Assembly (NCBI GenBank): GCA_965203355.1 | Contig: OZ241889.1 | Coordinates: 3,872,001 to 3,936,000, forward strand | Reading direction: 5' to 3' | From: Candidatus Latescibacterota bacterium | GTDB taxonomy: Bacteria; Latescibacterota; UBA2968; UBA8231 | DNA length: 64,000 nucleotides | Part shown: positions 37,072 to 52,264 of the stretch, piece after piece | Layout of the letters: each line of letters opens with the position of its first letter | Numbering within the stretch: the first letter of the stretch is position 1 | Program-made: the position numbers and the translations under genes | The notes under the pieces: generated by a model | The model's input: the letters and a program-made list of their open reading frames with translations, nothing else | Databases searched by the model: none | Told to the model about the DNA's origin: nothing

Positions 37072-37833
37072 CTACTCGTAGAGATCGTCTAGGTCGGCGG
37101 CGGCCAGCTCGACCAAAAACTCGGCGAGTTGTGCTGCCACTTGCTCCAAGCAGCGGCGGCCCTTTTCTGGCGTAGCTTGGCGCGGGTCGCCGATGCCCGT
37201 GTCGTCGGTCGCCTGCGTCCAGTCGCGCTGGGTCCAGACCCAACCTTCCCGCAGCGCGGCGATCTTAAACTTGTGCTCGCGGCCCCTGCCGGCCTCCGTC
37301 AGCGGCAACACCCAATCCGGCCGCAAGTATTGCATGAGACTGGTTTCCATCTCATTGGCGTGGTCGCCGCCTTCGGCGAAAAGCTCCTTATCGGCGATGC
37401 GGTACCAATCCATGCAGCAAACAAAAACCGCATAGCGCGGCAACAGCTCCCGCACCATTTGTTTGAAGTCGTTGCCGCCGTGGCCATTCACAATGAGCAA
37501 CTTGGGAATGGCCTGATGGGCGAGCACTTCGACCAAATCTTGCAGGATGGCGAACTGAGTCGAGGGATTGAGATTGAGGTCTAGCTTGATGTCGAGCTGG
37601 CCGGTGTTGACGCCAAAAGGCACGGTCGGCAAGACGATGACTTTGGCGTCTTGCTCCCAAGCAATGCGGGCCGCAGCCGCGACGATCTCGTCGCACTGCA
37701 CCACATCGGTCGAATACGGCAGGTGAAAATTGTGCGCTTCTGTCGCCCCCCACGGCAGGATCGCCACCTCGTACCGGGTGTGCTCAACGGTCTGCCAATT
37801 GGTCTCGGCGAGGATGTAAGGTCGGCCGGGCAT
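37072..37833 (-). CDS. Creatininase-family amidohydrolase
   Basis: PWGATEAHNFHLPYSTD, NGHGGN, DHANEMETS, GIGDP. Confidence 0.9.
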   Translation of the reverse strand: MPGRPYILAETNWQTVEHTRYEVAILPWGATEAHNFHLPYSTDVVQCDEIVAAAARIAWEQDAKVIVLPTVPFGVNTGQLDIKLDLNLNPSTQFAILQDLVEVLAHQAIPKLLIVNGHGGNDFKQMVRELLPRYAVFVCCMDWYRIADKELFAEGGDHANEMETSLMQYLRPDWVLPLTEAGRGREHKFKIAALREGWVWTQRDWTQATDDTGIGDPRQATPEKGRRCLEQVAAQLAEFLVELAAADLDDLYE

Positions 37834-37850
37834 ATAAATTCCTTTTGTAA

Positions 37851-37962
37851 TCAGTGGTCAGTGGTCAGTGGTCAGTGAGCAGTGAGCAGTCTCGACCCGG
37901 CCTTACCCCAAAAGGGACGGGAAAATGGGGGACTGGCCACGGGCCACCGCCCACTGACCACT
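37851..37962. repeat. Inverted heptamer tandem arrays (TCAGTGG)n ... (CCACTGA-like)n
   Basis: TCAGTGG x3, TCAGTGA, GCAGTGA, GCAGT at 37851-37890. Complementary degenerate array ACTGGCC ACGGGCC ACCGCCC ACTGACC ACT at 37932-37962. Confidence 0.8.
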
Positions 37963-37966
37963 ATCT

Positions 37967-38515
37967 TTATATAAGCACTGCTCGGCACAAGGTCCGGTAC
38001 TCGGCTCTGGATGGCTTGAGCATGCTTTCGATCAGTTCCACCGCTTTCACCGGAACCTGCAACCGAGGCAACTCGCCGCTCCACTTGCTGCCTGGCGACG
38101 GCCCCCTCGCTCGCACTCGACCCAACGTCACGTGCGGGCGAAAGCCCCGTTCCTCTGGTGCCCAACCAGCGGCGCACACCACTTCTTCAACATCCCGTTG
38201 CAACGCACTCAACCGTCCGTCCGCGTCCGCCACACCCGCCCAAATAACCTTCGGCCGGCGGCGATTGGGAAAGCAGCCGCTCTGCTCTATAGCCGCAGTA
38301 AAACGCTCGTGCCGGGCGGCAATAGCGGTCAATCCTTCTCGCAGCGCAGCGATTTGCAGGTCCTCGGCCGCGCCGAGAAAGCGCAGCGTCAAATGGAGAT
38401 TTTCGGGGCGCACCCAACTCACGCCCGGCACCGGCCACAACGGTCGCATCGCGTCGCTCAGCTTGCCCAAGGCCGCCGGCACGCGGATAGCGACGAAGGC
38501 TCGACTAACGGGCAC
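37967..38515 (-). CDS. thpR: RNA 2',3'-cyclic phosphodiesterase (2H family)
   Basis: RAFVAI, NLHLTLRFLG and FRPHVTLGR provide the two HxT motifs. Confidence 0.92.
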   Translation of the reverse strand: MPVSRAFVAIRVPAALGKLSDAMRPLWPVPGVSWVRPENLHLTLRFLGAAEDLQIAALREGLTAIAARHERFTAAIEQSGCFPNRRRPKVIWAGVADADGRLSALQRDVEEVVCAAGWAPEERGFRPHVTLGRVRARGPSPGSKWSGELPRLQVPVKAVELIESMLKPSRAEYRTLCRAVLI

Positions 38516-39305
38516 CGCAAGCCCGCAAGCAGGCGTTCAAGTACCCCCGGCTCTCGGCTGCAATCGTCGCCACCTGTCCCAGATCGCACTCCTTGGCGCC
38601 GATCACTTCCAAGTTGGCCGCCACGTCTAGCCCGGATTCGTGCAGCACCTTGACGTACCCGAACAAATCGACATCGCCCCGCCCACACGCCTGCAACTCC
38701 GGCGCACCCGGCCCGCCTGCTGCCACCGCGCAATCCCGGATATGCACGTGCTTGACCCGAGAGATAACCGCCGCCAGTGCCTCGACCGTATTCTCTCCCG
38801 CCCGATGGATGTGACTCGGATCCATATCCACGCCAAACCCCGGCGAGTCGATCCATGCCATCGCCCGTAACGTGGTTGGCGTGTCGTAGATGCACTGCCC
38901 CACGTGCGCCTTGACGCACAGCGTCATACCGTGTTCGTGGGCCCTATCGGCCATTTTGTCCAGCCGCGCAATCTGCCGATCGAAATCCTCCTCCACATCG
39001 CTTTTGCCCCCCGGACCAACGTTGACGACGGGAATGCCGATCTCAGCACCAGCCGCAAACGCCAGCATCAGCCGCTCTTCATCGAGCGCGGCTTCTTCCA
39101 TAGCCAGCAATTTTAGTTCGTATTTTTCCGCCAACTCTTTGATTTGGTTGGCCTGCGCTGGCCAATTGTCCAACTCCAAGTGCTCGCACATGCCCTTGAT
39201 CGCCGAAAGCTCGACGCCGTCGTAGCCAGCAAGGTGGATGTGGCGCATCGCCGTTTCCAGATCAAAGCCGGCAAATAGCACTGAATTAGCCCCTAAATGA
39301 ATCAT
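38505..39305 (-). CDS. Sugar-phosphate isomerase/epimerase (xylose-isomerase-like TIM barrel)
   Basis: AGYDGVEL, DMDPSH, HVHIRD, G.GDVD, NLE. Confidence 0.85.
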   Translation of the reverse strand: MIHLGANSVLFAGFDLETAMRHIHLAGYDGVELSAIKGMCEHLELDNWPAQANQIKELAEKYELKLLAMEEAALDEERLMLAFAAGAEIGIPVVNVGPGGKSDVEEDFDRQIARLDKMADRAHEHGMTLCVKAHVGQCIYDTPTTLRAMAWIDSPGFGVDMDPSHIHRAGENTVEALAAVISRVKHVHIRDCAVAAGGPGAPELQACGRGDVDLFGYVKVLHESGLDVAANLEVIGAKECDLGQVATIAAESRGYLNACLRACGAR

Positions 39306-39361
39306 TTTCGCAACTCCTCTTGGGTGATAAGCAATTGATTTTACTGGATTACCGAGCGTTT

Positions 39362-39390
39362 AGTATAGGGAGGGAAAAAGGGGGTGTCAA
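39362..39390 (-). promoter_or_regulatory. Sigma70 promoter for the isomerase-thpR-creatininase-methyltransferase run
   Basis: Minus strand reads TTGACA-N17-TATACT. Confidence 0.7.
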
Positions 39391-39475
39391 ACGGCTACGC
39401 GATTGACGGAGTTGCGCTCGCGCACCTACATTACGATGCTAAAAATCGCAAATTAAAAGGATAAAGAGGCGATTC

Positions 39476-40270
39476 ATGGCCGACGAATTGACACAGTTAG
39501 AGGCTTATCGGACGGAAGTCGAAAGAGCACTTAATGAGGACAAAACGCGACTAGGCGATGTATGGAAGCTCAGTCAGCAGGGCCTAGAGCCGGAAAAAAT
39601 CGCCGCAGAGTTGAATGTTTCCACCTCGGGATTTGTCTCCTCTTATAAGACTTATATAAAAGCAATTAAGGACGGTAATCTACCAGGCGCTCCATGGCCT
39701 GCTAAACACTGCACAAGGGCTATCCGAAGTTTTGCAAAACGCCATAAGGCATCCCTCTCCCCTGCAACCCACTCGGAACTTCAGAATAGGGCAGATAGAT
39801 GTGACCTTAATGCGGCTGATTCGGTAAAATTAAAAGAGGAGGAACAAAAACTTGAGCATCAAACGAGTGTTGCCGAGAAAGAAGGGGTTCCGGGAATATA
39901 CGTGTACACGCTGCCGCATTATCTCCGTCATCCAGTCGAGAATTCCGAAAACGATGAAACGGACGACCGAACATACTTGAAAGTGGGCATGTCCGAAAAA
40001 GACGCTATCAAACGCTTCCGACAGCAGCAAGGAAGTACGGCCCTACCCGAATCGCCCATTTTGCTAAGGATCTATGTCGGTTCAAACGGCATAGACATAG
40101 CCGACGTTGAAAAGAAAGTGCATCGCCATTTGAATGCCGCTGACCACGTCAAGAATTCAGAACGCGGTGCCGGGCAAGAATGGTTCCTCACTCATCTGAA
40201 GTTCCTCGACTCGACTGCCGAACTCCTCGGCCTCCAGACACACTTTGCATTCGACAAAAATGAAGCATAG
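39476..40270 (+). CDS. GIY-YIG-like (T5orf172/MUG113-type) nuclease-domain protein with an N-terminal HTH-like region
   Basis: GIYVYT...YLKVGMS...KRF...E..VHRHL...G.EWF motif set; AT-richer than the flanks. Confidence 0.78.
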   Translation: MADELTQLEAYRTEVERALNEDKTRLGDVWKLSQQGLEPEKIAAELNVSTSGFVSSYKTYIKAIKDGNLPGAPWPAKHCTRAIRSFAKRHKASLSPATHSELQNRADRCDLNAADSVKLKEEEQKLEHQTSVAEKEGVPGIYVYTLPHYLRHPVENSENDETDDRTYLKVGMSEKDAIKRFRQQQGSTALPESPILLRIYVGSNGIDIADVEKKVHRHLNAADHVKNSERGAGQEWFLTHLKFLDSTAELLGLQTHFAFDKNEA

Positions 40271-40305
40271 GCTATGTGGTATAGCCCAACGAGGTAATAG
40301 ACCTT

Positions 40306-40334
40306 TTGCCCGCTGCACATTCGTACAGTATATT
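40306..40334 (+). promoter_or_regulatory. uvrA sigma70 promoter with a candidate SOS box in the spacer
   Basis: TTGCCC-N17-TATATT; the spacer contains CTGCACATTCGTACAG (40313-40328). Confidence 0.65.
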
Positions 40335-40376
40335 TTCTGATTTCCGTTCTCCACTCCTCGCGCCCTACACGAAGTC

Positions 40377-46042
<5,666 letters not shown>

Positions 46043-46046
<4 letters not shown>

Positions 46047-46696
46047 GCGAATTGAACCTGCCTCAACGGGCCTTTTTCGAGTTTTCCTTTCGCTGCTCGC
46101 GGCGGCCAAAGCCGCCCAAAATCGACGGCAACTTGCGCGATTGGGACGACGACGCGCGCGTACCCGACCTGATGGCCGTCGATGGCCACCAGCCCTTTGC
46201 CTCGGTCTATATGGCCTACGACGACAGCGGCCTGTACTTCGCCTGCGAGGTCAAGAACAAGACCACCTACAAGCTGAATCCGCTCCAACCGGCCGCTGGC
46301 GACAGCCTCGAACTCTTCATCGACACCCGCGACGTCAAGGAGCACCGCGCCAATCGCTTCTGCCATCGGTTTTACGTTTTGCCCGGCGGCAGCGGCAAGG
46401 ACGGCAAGCAACCCATCGCCCGCCAGACCTCCATTGAGGAAGCCCGCGAACAAGCACCGCCCTGCCCAGAGGACTCGATTCAGACCGGCCTGCGCCGACT
46501 CAAGCGGAGCTATCAACTAGAAATTAAATTGCCGGCCGCCGGTCTCAATGGTTTTGCACCGCGAGAGTTTGGCCGGGTGGGATTGGCGTATCTGTTGCAC
46601 GACACCCAGCACGGCACCCAGTCTTGGTCGTCGATCTCAGATCTGGGCGTAGAGCGCGATCCGAGCACTTGGGGCACGGCCGAACTGGTGGACTAG
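46043..46696 (+). CDS. CBM9/DOMON-like domain protein
   Basis: ATGA overlap with uvrA. PPKIDGNLRDW, MAYDDSGLYFA, GDSLELFID, YQLEIKLP. Confidence 0.75.
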
Positions 46697-46752
46697 GGCT
46701 TGTAGTTGACGCGCTAAACGTCCTCTTGGAATTTCTAACGAAAGGAACGGAC

Positions 46753-47115
46753 ATGGGAGCCACGCACGTCACCGTAACTATTCGCAATCCGGCTGCGCTG
46801 CACCGCACTTGGGAAGGGCTGTTTCTGGTCGATACGGGAGCGACGGATTGCCTCGTCCCAAGGCCGCATCTCGAAGCCATCGGCCTTGAGCCGAAAGGTC
46901 AGCGGACGTATGAGTTGGCCAATGGCCCTGAAATCAAGCTCGACATCACGACCGCGGACATCGAATTCATGGGCGAAATCGTCGGCGACGCGGAAGCCGA
47001 GCCGCTGCTGGGGGTGACGGCCCTCGAATCCGTGGGGATTGAAGTGGACCCGCTCAATCAGCGGCTTAAAAGATGGCCTGCGGTACGGCTTAAAAGAGCG
47101 GGCGTGGAAACCTGA
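46753..47115 (+). CDS. Clan AA (retropepsin-like) aspartic protease
   Basis: FLVDTGA and PLLGVTALES motifs; AAAGGA SD. Confidence 0.85.
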   Translation: MGATHVTVTIRNPAALHRTWEGLFLVDTGATDCLVPRPHLEAIGLEPKGQRTYELANGPEIKLDITTADIEFMGEIVGDAEAEPLLGVTALESVGIEVDPLNQRLKRWPAVRLKRAGVET

Positions 47116-47119
47116 AAAT

Positions 47120-47242
47120 GGGTAGTGGTACATTTTGAAATGTAGCTTTACTCCCGTTAAACGGGTCGCCCCGCTCCGCCTGAACCCCGGCACCCCAACC
47201 GTACCGCGACAATTGGAGATTGCAAAGTGTTCCATGACCGAA
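47120..47242 (+). mobile_element. ~120-bp MITE-like dispersed repeat, copy 1
   Basis: Homologous to 56132-56249 in inverted orientation. Imperfect 16-bp inverted repeats TGGTACATTTTGAAAT (47126) and ATTGCAAAGTGTTCCA (47219). Confidence 0.7.
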
Positions 47243-47380
47243 GAAACGCACTATGAGCGCAGTGCTTTACCGCGCCTTTCGGCGAGACGGCATTTTACAC
47301 TTCTCTACTGTCGCGTACTTAAGTAGTTATATTAATTAGTTCAGCTAGTTCATCCGCGCATTCACCTAAGACCATTGCCA

Positions 47381-49951
47381 ATGCCTAATTCTGCTGTAAT
47401 CCACCGGGTTTTCGGGGTGGGGATTTTTGTGCTGACCCTGGGGATGTACGTGAAAACCCTCGCGCCGACCGTGTCGTTTTGGGACTGCGGCGAGTTTATC
47501 GCCACGTCCTATATCCTCGGCGTCCCCCATCCTCCGGGTGCTCCGTTGTACGTGCTGTTAGGGCGCGTCTTCACCTTGTTCCCCATCGGCGACGTAGCCA
47601 TTCGCGTCAATTTTATGTCCGCCCTGACCTCGGCACTGGCGATTTGGTGCGTCTATCTATCGACCGTCGCGCTGGGGCGGCGGGCCTTGGGCGGTCGGCC
47701 CCTGCAACCGCTGGGCGACGCGCGCGACATCGGCGTCCTCGCCGGTGGAGCCGTGGCCGCGCTGACGCTGGCGTTCTCCTACACGCAGTGGTACAATGCC
47801 TCCGAAGCCGAGGTGTACGGCTACTCCATTTTGTTCACGTGTCTGGGGCTGTGGCTGATCCTCTACTGGGAGGGCAGCGGTGCAGGCGCAGCCAACGACC
47901 GCTGGCTGTTGGTGCTGGCGTATTTGTTCGGCCTCGGCGGCGGCGTCCACCTGCTGTGTTTGTTGACGATTCCATCGCTCATGCTGTTGGCGTGGTTTGC
48001 CGACCGCCCGTTGCAACGGCTGATCCTGCTGCTGATTGGCTGGGGCGCAGTCGGTGGGCTGGGGCTGGTGATACTGGGTCCGGGGGCGCAGTCGAATGGG
48101 GTGATGGTGCTGGGGCTGGCCGGGCTGCTGGCGTACCTATACGGACAAGACCGGCGGCTGTTTGTCTTGCTGCTGGGCGTCCTCGTGCTGTTCGCGCTGG
48201 GCTATTCTACCTATGGCGCGCTGTACATCCGCTCCGGCCTGGATCCGGCCATTGACGAGAACGATCCAGAGACTTGGGCGGCCTTTTTGGCATTTCTCAA
48301 CCGCGAGCAATACGGCACTGAGAGCATGCTTACTACCATGCTGACGGCGCGGGCAAGCCGCACCTATCAGTTCTGGGACCTGCAGATGAAGTACTTCTTT
48401 CAGCAGTTCCCCTTTCCGCTGTTGGAGCGGGTTGAAGTGTTCCGCAAGGCCACCGTCAACCTGCCGGATCCCGTGTCCATTTCGCTGGTGCCGTACGGGC
48501 TGGGGCTGGGGGGGCTGTTGTGGCACTGCTACAAGGACTGGCGGCGATTCGCCGGGGTGTTGCTGTTGTTCTTGGTGATGGGGTTTGGGCTGTCGCTGTA
48601 CTTGAATATGCCCGATCCGCAGCCGCGCGAGCGGCACTACGTGTTCGGCGGGATGTACTTGGCCTTTGCGCTGTGGATCGGATTGGGCTGGCTGGGCATA
48701 GTCGAGGCGGTGCGGCAGCAGTGGGAAAAGCATCGGGCGGTCGTGCTAGCGGTGGCCGCGGCCGGGTTGCTGCTGCCAGCCGGTATCGCCGCGCAGCTCT
48801 ATCACGTGCAAGACCGCACCGGCGACTTTATCGCCTACGACTACGCGTACAACATGCTGGCCAGTTGCGACGAAGGCTCCATCCTGTTCACCAACGGGGA
48901 CAACGACACCTTTCCGCTGTGGTTCTTGCAAGAAGTGGAAGGATTGCGGCGCGATGTGCGGGTGGTCAACTTGAGCCTGTTGAACACCAACTGGTACATC
49001 AAACAACTGCGCGACCGCGAGCCGCGCGTCGACATCCGCTACACCGACGACTTCATCGACTCAGTGCTCACCGACACGCAGGCGGTTGATTTCTACAAGC
49101 GGTACTGGCCCGAGCCCAAGGTGCCGCCAGAGCTAAAGAAACTGGGAATCAACGTGGAAGTAAGCGCGCCTCCTGAGTACCCGATTCTCCGCGTCCAAGA
49201 CGTCATGGTCATCAAAATTTTGGCCTGGAACGAGTGGAAAAAACCCATCCACTTTGCCATCACCGTTCCCAGCAGCAACCTGCTCAACCTCGACCCCTAT
49301 CTGACGATGGTCGGCATGAGCGTAAAAGTCTCACCCGAACCTACAGACGGCGTCGATGAAGCGGCCTTAGAGCGCAATCTGCTCGAAAAATACCGCTTCC
49401 GCGGCCTCACCGATCCAGCCTTATACAAGGACGAAAACTCCGAGCGGCTCTTGGGCAACTACTGGGCTTGTGTCTTGCAACTGGCCCGCAGCTACGAGGC
49501 GCAAGGGCGCCGAGCCGAGGTACCGCAACTGATGCAGTGGGCACGCGACAACATCTACATAAGTTGGGAAAACCACTATGCAGCGGCCGATTACTTCAGC
49601 GAACTCGGCCAGCACGATATCGCAGTTGAGCATATTCACGACGCCGTGCTGTTATTCATTGAGCGCGTCAATGTTGATCCAGCCGCCACCTACGACAATA
49701 TCATCGCGCTGACCGGCCTGATGCTCCAAGAACCCTACTCGGCCTACGACCGCGCCGTGGACCTCTATCACCAAGCCATCGCCCTCGCGCCGCAACGCTG
49801 GGAGGCCTACTACGAGCTGGCTGCCGCCCTTCAAGCCAAGGGCGATGCGGCCGGAGCACTGGCCATTCTCCGGCAATACAAAGAGCAGTACGGCGAGCAG
49901 CCAGAGTTGGTTGAGGCCGAGCGCATCCTCCGCCAATCCACCGTTCCATGA
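47381..49951 (+). CDS. DUF2723 (TMEM260-like GT-C) membrane glycosyltransferase with a C-terminal TPR
   Basis: TLAPTVSFWDCGEFI, GVPHPPGAPLY, EAEVY, LNREQYG, PRERHY, LFTNGDNDTFPLW; many transmembrane segments. Confidence 0.9.
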   Translation: MPNSAVIHRVFGVGIFVLTLGMYVKTLAPTVSFWDCGEFIATSYILGVPHPPGAPLYVLLGRVFTLFPIGDVAIRVNFMSALTSALAIWCVYLSTVALGRRALGGRPLQPLGDARDIGVLAGGAVAALTLAFSYTQWYNASEAEVYGYSILFTCLGLWLILYWEGSGAGAANDRWLLVLAYLFGLGGGVHLLCLLTIPSLMLLAWFADRPLQRLILLLIGWGAVGGLGLVILGPGAQSNGVMVLGLAGLLAYLYGQDRRLFVLLLGVLVLFALGYSTYGALYIRSGLDPAIDENDPETWAAFLAFLNREQYGTESMLTTMLTARASRTYQFWDLQMKYFFQQFPFPLLERVEVFRKATVNLPDPVSISLVPYGLGLGGLLWHCYKDWRRFAGVLLLFLVMGFGLSLYLNMPDPQPRERHYVFGGMYLAFALWIGLGWLGIVEAVRQQWEKHRAVVLAVAAAGLLLPAGIAAQLYHVQDRTGDFIAYDYAYNMLASCDEGSILFTNGDNDTFPLWFLQEVEGLRRDVRVVNLSLLNTNWYIKQLRDREPRVDIRYTDDFIDSVLTDTQAVDFYKRYWPEPKVPPELKKLGINVEVSAPPEYPILRVQDVMVIKILAWNEWKKPIHFAITVPSSNLLNLDPYLTMVGMSVKVSPEPTDGVDEAALERNLLEKYRFRGLTDPALYKDENSERLLGNYWACVLQLARSYEAQGRRAEVPQLMQWARDNIYISWENHYAAADYFSELGQHDIAVEHIHDAVLLFIERVNVDPAATYDNIIALTGLMLQEPYSAYDRAVDLYHQAIALAPQRWEAYYELAAALQAKGDAAGALAILRQYKEQYGEQPELVEAERILRQSTVP

Positions 49952-50988
49952 CCGAGGCCGTCACCGTCGTTATACCGCACTACCGCGCCGATGTGCTCTA
50001 CGACTGCGTGGCCTCGGTTTATGCACACAGCAATGTACCAGTCTGTGTGCTCGTGGTTGACGACGGCGGCAACGCGCCTAGCTTGCAGCGGGCCAAAGCC
50101 GCCTTTCCCGCGCTAGCGGTCTTACCCAACGAGCGCAATCTCGGGTTTGCCGCCGCCTGCAATCGCGGCTTGGCAGCCGCCCACACCCGCTACGCCGTGC
50201 TGCTCAACGACGACACCCGCGTCGAGCCAGACTGGCTCGCTCCCCTTGTCGCCATGGCCGACAGCGATCCGCGAATTGCCGCCTGCCAGCCCAAGCTGCG
50301 CTCGGCCAGCGCGCCCGACCGCTTTGATTACGGCGGTGGAGCCGGCGGCTATATCGACGCTTTGGGCTACGCCTTTTGTCGGGGGCGGCTCTTCGACCAC
50401 TGCGAGCGCGACGAGGGCCAATACGACGCATCCGTGCCGCTGTTTTGGGCCTGCGGCGCAGCCCTTTTTCTTCGCGTCGCCGCCGCCCGCCAAGTCGGGT
50501 TTTTCGACCCCGATTACTTCATGCACTTTGAAGAAATCGACTTGTGCTGGCGTCTCCAACTCGCTGGCTACCAAATCCGCGCCGTGCCGCAATCCGTGGT
50601 CTTTCACCACTCGGGCTTTTCCCAGCCTCCGGCCACTTTCCGCAAGACGTACTTCAACCACCGCAACAGCCTCATCACACTGTGCAAAAACGGAGGGCTG
50701 CGCCGCCTGCTGTGGCTGCTGCCCGTGCGCCTATGGCTGGAAGTGGTGGCCGTGTTCTACTACCTTCGCCGAGGCCGATGGTCCAGTGCCTTGGCCCCTT
50801 GTGCGACCTTGCTTTGGTGCCTTGTGCATCCGCGCAACATCTACCGCCGCCGCCGCCAGAGCCAAGCCATCCGCTGCGCCGCGGTCGCGCACGACGGCGT
50901 CTATGCGGGCAGCATCCTCTACCAGTACTTTGCTCGCCGCGTCCAGCGCACCTCCGCGCTCGTGCCCGAGCCGGGCGCAGCCCAATGA
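49948..50988 (+). CDS. GT2 family glycosyltransferase
   Basis: VVDDGG, NLGFAAACN, LLNDD, FMHFEEIDLCWR. Confidence 0.93.
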   Translation: MTEAVTVVIPHYRADVLYDCVASVYAHSNVPVCVLVVDDGGNAPSLQRAKAAFPALAVLPNERNLGFAAACNRGLAAAHTRYAVLLNDDTRVEPDWLAPLVAMADSDPRIAACQPKLRSASAPDRFDYGGGAGGYIDALGYAFCRGRLFDHCERDEGQYDASVPLFWACGAALFLRVAAARQVGFFDPDYFMHFEEIDLCWRLQLAGYQIRAVPQSVVFHHSGFSQPPATFRKTYFNHRNSLITLCKNGGLRRLLWLLPVRLWLEVVAVFYYLRRGRWSSALAPCATLLWCLVHPRNIYRRRRQSQAIRCAAVAHDGVYAGSILYQYFARRVQRTSALVPEPGAAQ

Positions 50989-52142
50989 GTCGCGTCGTCC
51001 TCGGCTGCGAACGCCTACTGGCGCAAGCTGGCTTGATCCGCGACCGGCGCGTTGGCCTGATCACCAATCACTCGGGGGTCGATGCGTGCTTACAGTCCAC
51101 CGCCGATCGCCTGCACCAGTCCGGTCTCTGTACGCTCGTCGCCTTGTACGGGCCAGAACACGGGATTCGCGGTGCCGCGCAGGACGGCGAACCCATCGCC
51201 CATTCCACCGACGAGCGCACTGGCGTACCAACCTACAGCCTCTACGGCCCGGTGCGCGCACCAGACGCGGCCATGCTCGCTGGTGTCGAGTTGATGCTCT
51301 TTGACATCCAAGACGTCGGCGCGCGCTTTTACACCTATCTCTACACCATGAGCCTGACCATGTCCGCTTGCGCCCAAGCGGGCATTCCCTTCGTCGTCCT
51401 CGACCGCCCCAATCCCATTGGCGGCCAAGCCATTGCTGGAAATTGCCTCGATCCAGCGTTTGCCTCTTTTGTCGGACAGTACCCAATTCCAGTGCGCTAC
51501 GGCCTGAGCATCGGCGAACTCGCTCGGCTCTTCAACGAGGAATACGGAATCGGCGCGGACCTGCACATCGTCGCTATGGAGGGCTGGCAACGCTCCTTTT
51601 ACTGGGAGGACACCGGCCTGCCGTGGGTGCCACCGTCGCCCAACATGCCCAGCCCAGAGACGGCCGTGATCTATCCGGGAACCTGCTTCTTTGAGGGAAC
51701 CAACATATCGGAAGGTCGGGGGACGGCCAAGCCTTTTGAGCAGTTCGGTGCGCCGTTTATCGACGGTGCGCGCCTAGCCGACACGCTCAACAGCCGCGCA
51801 CTGCCCGGGGTGGGCTTTCGCCCGGTGTTTTTTCAGCCGACGGCTAGCAAGTACGCGGGCGAAATCTGCGAAGGCGTCCAAGTCCACGCCCTCGACCGCG
51901 CGGCCTTCGAGCCGGTCGGAATTGGCTTTGAGGCACTCGCGGCCGTGCGTCGGCTTTATCCATGCGAATTCGCTTGGCGCGTACCGGCCGGCGGCATCCA
52001 CAACTTCGACCGCCTCGCCGGCACCGACCAGATCCGCCGCGCACTCGACGCGGGCGCAGAAGTTGCCGAGTTGCTCGCCGCTTGGGACGAGGCGTGCCAA
52101 GCCTTTGACGCTATCCGCCGCCGCTACTGGGCGTATCCTTAA
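50985..52142 (+). CDS. namZ: Exo-beta-N-acetylmuramidase NamZ / DUF1343 (YbbC) family
   Basis: GLITNHSG, PEHGIRG, FDIQDVGARFYTY, LDRPNPIGG, PPSPNMP, SEGRGT. Confidence 0.9.
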   Translation: MSRVVLGCERLLAQAGLIRDRRVGLITNHSGVDACLQSTADRLHQSGLCTLVALYGPEHGIRGAAQDGEPIAHSTDERTGVPTYSLYGPVRAPDAAMLAGVELMLFDIQDVGARFYTYLYTMSLTMSACAQAGIPFVVLDRPNPIGGQAIAGNCLDPAFASFVGQYPIPVRYGLSIGELARLFNEEYGIGADLHIVAMEGWQRSFYWEDTGLPWVPPSPNMPSPETAVIYPGTCFFEGTNISEGRGTAKPFEQFGAPFIDGARLADTLNSRALPGVGFRPVFFQPTASKYAGEICEGVQVHALDRAAFEPVGIGFEALAAVRRLYPCEFAWRVPAGGIHNFDRLAGTDQIRRALDAGAEVAELLAAWDEACQAFDAIRRRYWAYP

Positions 52143-52264
52143 TTACCCACTCGCAACAGACATCACCATGGGCTTGCAAGCGAATCCAGCGCTATGCGAC
52201 TGATGCTCTGCGACAACTCGCAGGCGGAGTGGGGCGGATATTCTATCAGGGGTCCGTCGACGAA

